Source of the DNA: Chiloscyllium plagiosum
Lineage: Eukaryota
Direction of reading: 5' to 3'
DNA length: 52,897 nt
Assembly (NCBI RefSeq): GCF_004010195.1
Contig: NC_057718.1
Coordinates: forward strand, 102,634,315-102,687,211
In this document: positions 47,938-52,897 of the stretch, piece by piece
Layout: each line of letters opens with the position of its first letter
Position numbering within the stretch: the first letter of the stretch is position 1
Made by a program: the position numbers and the translations under genes
Notes under the pieces: generated by a model
Databases searched by the model: none
Seen by the model: the letters and a program-made list of their open reading frames with translations, nothing else
Told to the model about the DNA's origin: nothing

Positions 47938-49947
47938 ACACATTCCTGTCAGGGTGAAAGGAAAGGCTGGTAGGTATAAGGAATGCTGGATGACTAAAGA
48001 AATTGAGGGTTTAGTTAAGAAAAAGGAGGAAGCATATGTCAGGTACAGACAGGATAGATCAAATGAATCCTTATAAGAGTATAAAGGCAGTAGGAGTAGA
48101 CTTAAGAGGGAATTTAGGAGAGCAAGGAGGGGATATGAGAAAGCTTTGGCAAATAGATTTCAAAGAGTTTTTACAAATACATTAAGGACAAAAGGGTAGC
48201 TAGGGAGAGAATAGGGCCCCTCAGAAATCAGCAAGGCGGCCTTTGTGTGGAGCCACAGAAAATGGGGGACATACTAAGTGAGTATTTTGCATCAGTATTT
48301 ACTGTGGAGAAGGACATGGAATATATAGAATGTAGGGAAATAGATGGTGACATCTTGAAAAATGTCCATATTGCAGAGAACTGCTGGATGTCGTGAAACG
48401 CATAGAGGTGGATAAATCCCAAGGACCCGATCAGGTGTACCCTAGAACTCTGTGGGAAGTGATTGCTGGGACTCTTGCTGAGATATTTGTATCATTGATA
48501 GTCACAGGTGAGGTGCCGGAAGACTGGAGGTTGGCTAATGTGGTGCCACTGTTTAAGAAGGGTAGTAAGGACAAGCCAGGGAACAATAGACCAGTGAGCC
48601 TGACGTCAGTGGTGGGCAAGTTGTTGGAGGGAATCCTGAGGGACAGGATGCACATGTATTTGGAAAGGCAAGGATTGATTAGGTATAGTCAACATGGCTT
48701 TGTGAGTGGAAAATCATGTCTCATAAACTTGATTGAGTTTTTTGAAGAAGCAACAAAGACAATTGATGAGGGCAGAGTGGTAGATGTGATCTATATGGAC
48801 TTCAGTAAGTGTTCGACAAGGTTCCCCATGGGAGACTGGTTAGCAAGGTTAGATCTCACGGAATACAGGGAGAACTAGTCATTTGGATACAGAACTGGTT
48901 CAAAGGTAGAGGACAGAGGGTGGTGGTGGAGGGTTGTTTTTTCAGAATGGAGGCCTGTGACCAGTGGAGTGCCACAAGGATCGGTGCTGGGTCCTCTACT
49001 TTTCGTCATTTATATAAATGATCTGGATGTATGCATAAGAGGTATAGTTAGTAAGTTTGCCGATGACACCAAAATTGGAGGTGTAGTGGACAGCGAAGAA
49101 GGTTATCTCAGATTAAAAAGGGATGTTGATCACATCAGCCAATGGGCTGAGAAGTGGCAGATGGAGTTTAATTTAGATAAATGCGAGGTGCTGCATTTTG
49201 GGAAATCAAATCTTAGCAGGACTTATACACTTAATGGTAAGGTCCTAGGGAGTGTTGCTGAACAAAGACTTGGAGCGCAGGCTCATAACTCCTTGAAAGT
49301 TGAATCACTAGGATAGTGAAGGCGGCGTTTGGTATGCTTTCCTTTCTTGGTCAGAATATTGAGTACAGGAGTTGGGAGGCCATGTTGCGGCTGAACAGGA
49401 CATTGGTTAGGCCAGTGTTGGAATATTGCATGCAATTCTGGTTTTCTTCCTATCGGAAGGGTGTTGTGAAACTTGAAAGGGGTCAGAAAAGACTTAAGGA
49501 TGTTGCCAGGATTGGAGGATTTGAGCTATAGGGAGAGGTTGAACAGGCTGGGGCTGTTTTCCCTGGAGCGGAGGCTGAGGGGTGACTTGTAGAGGTTTAC
49601 AAAATCATGAGGGGCATGGATAGGATAAATAGACAAAGTCTTTTCCCTGGGGTCGGGGAGTCCAGAACTAGAGGGCATAGGTTTAGGGTGAGAGTAGAAA
49701 GGTATAAAAGAGACCTAAGGGGCAACTTTTTCACGCAGAGGGTGGTACGTGTATGGAATGAGCTGCCAGAGGAAGTAGAGGAGGCTGGTACAATTGCAAC
49801 ATTTAAAAGGCATTCGGATGGGTATATGAATAGGAAGGGTTTGGAGGGATATGGGCAGGGTGCTGACAGGTGGGACAGATTGGGTTGGGATATCTGGTCG
49901 GCATGGAAGGGTCTGTTTCCATGCTGTATACCTCTATGACTCTATGA
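47938..49947 (+). mobile_element. CR1 (HER1-like) LINE, ~2 kb 3' portion with frameshifted RT
   Basis: VPEDWRLANVVPLFKKG, QHGF, YMDFSK, SGVPQGSVLGP, KFADDTK; (ctatga)n tail. Confidence 0.95.
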
Positions 49948-49959
49948 TTCATGAAATTT

Positions 49960-51260
49960 ACTATCACTAGGCCTGAAGGCTTACAATCCTGGATCCTGAT
50001 GGATTTTATCATAGGATCTTAAAAATAATGGGTAGTGAGATATTTGATGCATTGTCAAGAATTCTCTAGACTCAGGGACAGTTTCATTAGAGAAAAAAAA
50101 TAGAGACTGTAATTCCTTTATTCAAAACAAGAGGGAGACAGAAAGCAGGAAACTACAGGACAATTAGATTAGCATCTATTATAGGGAAAATGTTAAAAGC
50201 TATTATTAAAGATGTCATAGCTGGGCACTTAGAAAACAAAATCAAGGTAATTAGCAGGATCAGCGTGGCTTTGTGAAGGGGAATGCCCTGCCAGTAGCAG
50301 TGGTGGACTCTCCCTCATTATGGGCATTTAAGCGGGCATTGGATAGGCATATGGAGGATAGTGGACGAGTGTAGGTTAGGTGGGCTTGGATCAGCACAAC
50401 ATCGAGGGCCGAAGGGCCTGTACTGCGCTGTATTCTTCTATGTTCTATGTTTAGCCAATTTATTGGACATCTTTGGAGAAGTAACACATGCTGTGGATAA
50501 AAAGGTAGATATGCTATACTTAAATTTCCAAAAGGCATTTGATAAGGTGCCACATCACAAGTTATTGTGGAAAATAGATGATCATTGTGCAGGCATTAAC
50601 ATAATAATGGTTAGTTGACAGGAATTTCAGAGTAGGCATCGATGGGTATTTTTCTGTTTGGCAAGATCCAGTGGGTGGTGTGCCACAGCGATCAATGCTG
50701 TTTCATTCAATTGATAGAAATGTCTTGGATGAAGGAACTAATATATGGTTGCTAAATTTGCTGAAGACATGACGATAGACAGGCAAATAAATTTGGCAAA
50801 AATGAGCACTGCAGATACTGGAGATTAGAGTAGAGAGTGTCGTGCTGGAAAAGCAGGTCAGGCAGCATCCGAGGAACAGGAGAATCAACGTTTCAGGCAA
50901 AAGCCCTTCATCAGGAATTACAAACTTAAAAACCACAACACCAGGTTATAGCTCAACAGGTTTAATTGGAAGCACACAAGCTTTCGGAGAAGTTGGAACC
51001 ACTGTTTAAAACTAAGTATTAGTCATTTAAGAGAGACATAAGGAGAACCCTTTCCTCATAAATAGTCCTGGGTCTTTGGAAAGCTCTTTCACAAAAGAAG
51101 GTGAAAGTAGAGTCATTGGATACATTTGAGGCAGTAGTAGATAGATTTTTGATAGGCAACGGGTGAAAGGAGCAGGCAGATACATGGGACAATCAGATCA
51201 GCCATGATCTTTATGAATGGTGGCAGAAGTTCGTGGGGTTGAGTGGCCTACTCTTACTCC
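49960..51260 (+). mobile_element. Older decayed CR1 with nested CR1 tail (~50283-50449) and PLE fragments
   Basis: YLNFQKAFDKVPH motif. Confidence 0.7.
50805..50990 (-). mobile_element. Two adjacent PLE pLTR fragments (families 1 and 2)
   Basis: Reverse complement attcctgatgaagggcttttgcctgaaacgttgattc (~50883-50918), then a family-2 arm like 27825-27884. Confidence 0.7.
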
Positions 51261-52095
51261 TAATTTAATTGTTCATGGAACTGCAATTTAGTAAATGTAA
51301 CCCAACATCAGTTATTGCTTTCAGGTGAGATAGAGTAAGAGAAAGAACAAAAGAACGTATAATTCAATACTTATTGTGGTTTGTGAATTTATGATGCTGT
51401 AATAGATCTCAAATATATCTATCTTTTATTGAATGATAAATCCTTGAAATCATTCATTAAAATGACAGTGATGTAACTACTTTGTGGTTACGGTAATGAT
51501 TATTTTTAAGAGTCTTCTATCCTTCTAACAATAAATTATTTTCCAGCTTGCATCTTAGGTCACTCTCATGAACAAGTTTCAATTCCTAATTCTTTGAAAG
51601 TGTCGATCCCAGCTTTTAAAATGCAAGTATTCCTCAGCAACATGCTTGAAATAACGAATTGTAAGCAGTCTGCAAATTATTTTTTAGCATTTATGCAATG
51701 CATTTAAAGACCATTCAGATCATCAGCAGCGATAAAGGATCACTGTTTCATTTAAAATATTAAATGCATTTATTAAACAACCAGCAAGCAATTGTCATAT
51801 AGATGTGATTTTTGAAAAACTAATTTAGGATATTATTGACTCGACATTTATCCACATCTTGGACTTTTTGGAAAACAGTACTTTGTAAACCAGTGGAGGC
51901 TGGCAGCAGCAAGGGAAAAGTTGCATTTACAAAGAACACAAATTAAGATGTTATACTCTAGTCATTATATTTTTACCAAGGCTTTGAGGTTGTGTTTTTG
52001 TCTGTTTGTATATATTTGCATGTTTTAAATCTTGTGTAAATAATCTCGACATCTTTGTTTAAGTAATTTTCACTTTCAATAAATTAGTTTTTTAT

Positions 52096-52897
52096 TAGAA
52101 CATAGAACATAGAAAAATACAGCGCAGTACAGGCCCTTTGGCCCTCGATGTTGCGCCGTTCCAAGCCCACCTAACCTACACTAGCCCACTATCCTCCATA
52201 TGCCTATCCAATGCCCGTTTAAATGCCCATAAAGAGGGAGAGTCCACGACTGCTACTGGCAGGGCATTCCATGAACTCACGACTCGCTGAGTAAAGAATC
52301 TACCCTAACATCTGGCCTATACCTACCAGCCCTTAATTTAAAGCTATGCCCCCTCGTAATAGCTGACTCCATACGTGGAAAAAGGTTCTCATGGTGAACC
52401 CTATCTAAACCCCTAATCATCTTGTACACCTCTATCAAGTCACCCCTAAACCTTCTTTTCTCCAATGAAAACAGCCCCAAGTGCCTCAGCCTTTCCTCAT
52501 ACGATCTTCCTACCATACCAGGCAACATCCTGGTAAACCTCCTCTGCACCCATTCCAGTGCCTCCACATCCTACCTATAGTATGGCGACCAAAATTGCAC
52601 ACAATACTCCAGATGCGGCCGCAAAAGAGTCTTATACAACTGCAACATGACCTAAGGGCTCCGGAACTCAATTCCTCTACCAATAAAAGCCAGTACGCCA
52701 TATGCCGCCTTCACCGCACTATTTACCTGGGTGGCAACTTTCAAAGATCTGTGTACATGGAAACCAAGATCCCTCTGCTCATCCACACTACCAAGTATCC
52801 GACCATTAGCCCAGTACCCCATCTTTTTGTTACTCTTACAAAGTGAATCACCTCACACTTAGCTACATTGAACGCCATTTGCCACCTTTCTGCCCAG
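52096..52897 (-). mobile_element. CR1 LINE 3' portion running off the window
   Basis: ALEWVQRRFTRMLPGM...GDLIEVYKMIRG; (ttctatg)n tail. Confidence 0.92.

Noticed and set aside
47170..52090. Further upstream exons of the minus-strand gene
   Set aside because: No segment found with both splice sites and an open frame that I could support; a short exon may have been missed

Overview
Vertebrate nuclear DNA, almost certainly from a cartilaginous fish (HE1-type SINEs, HER1/CR1 LINEs and Penelope-like repeats dominate; a carpet/bamboo shark is my guess and unverified). Two spliced genes converge tail to tail. (1) A complete 8-exon WDR92/DNAAF10 gene on + (ATG 2685, TAA 20476, 1077 nt, 358 aa). Its CpG-rich promoter is a 4-copy NRF1-motif minisatellite, with RFX X-boxes at the start of intron 1. 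(2) The last 7 exons (429 codons plus stop, phase-consistent) of an unnamed gene on - with TPR-like helical repeats and a polyQ/Ala-Gly-rich linker (47166 to 26253); its 5' part was not found in the window. The rest is mostly transposon-derived: CR1 and L2/CR1-group LINEs, one internally deleted L1 with both ends and a TSD, three SINE types and a decayed tRNA-Leu(TAA). Many Penelope-like (PLE) remnants carry minimal hammerhead ribozyme motifs. Several are fold-back or tiny solo units with 13-15 bp target-site duplications, and one has split the WDR92 promoter. All calls come from reading the sequence and recalled homology, with no database searches.
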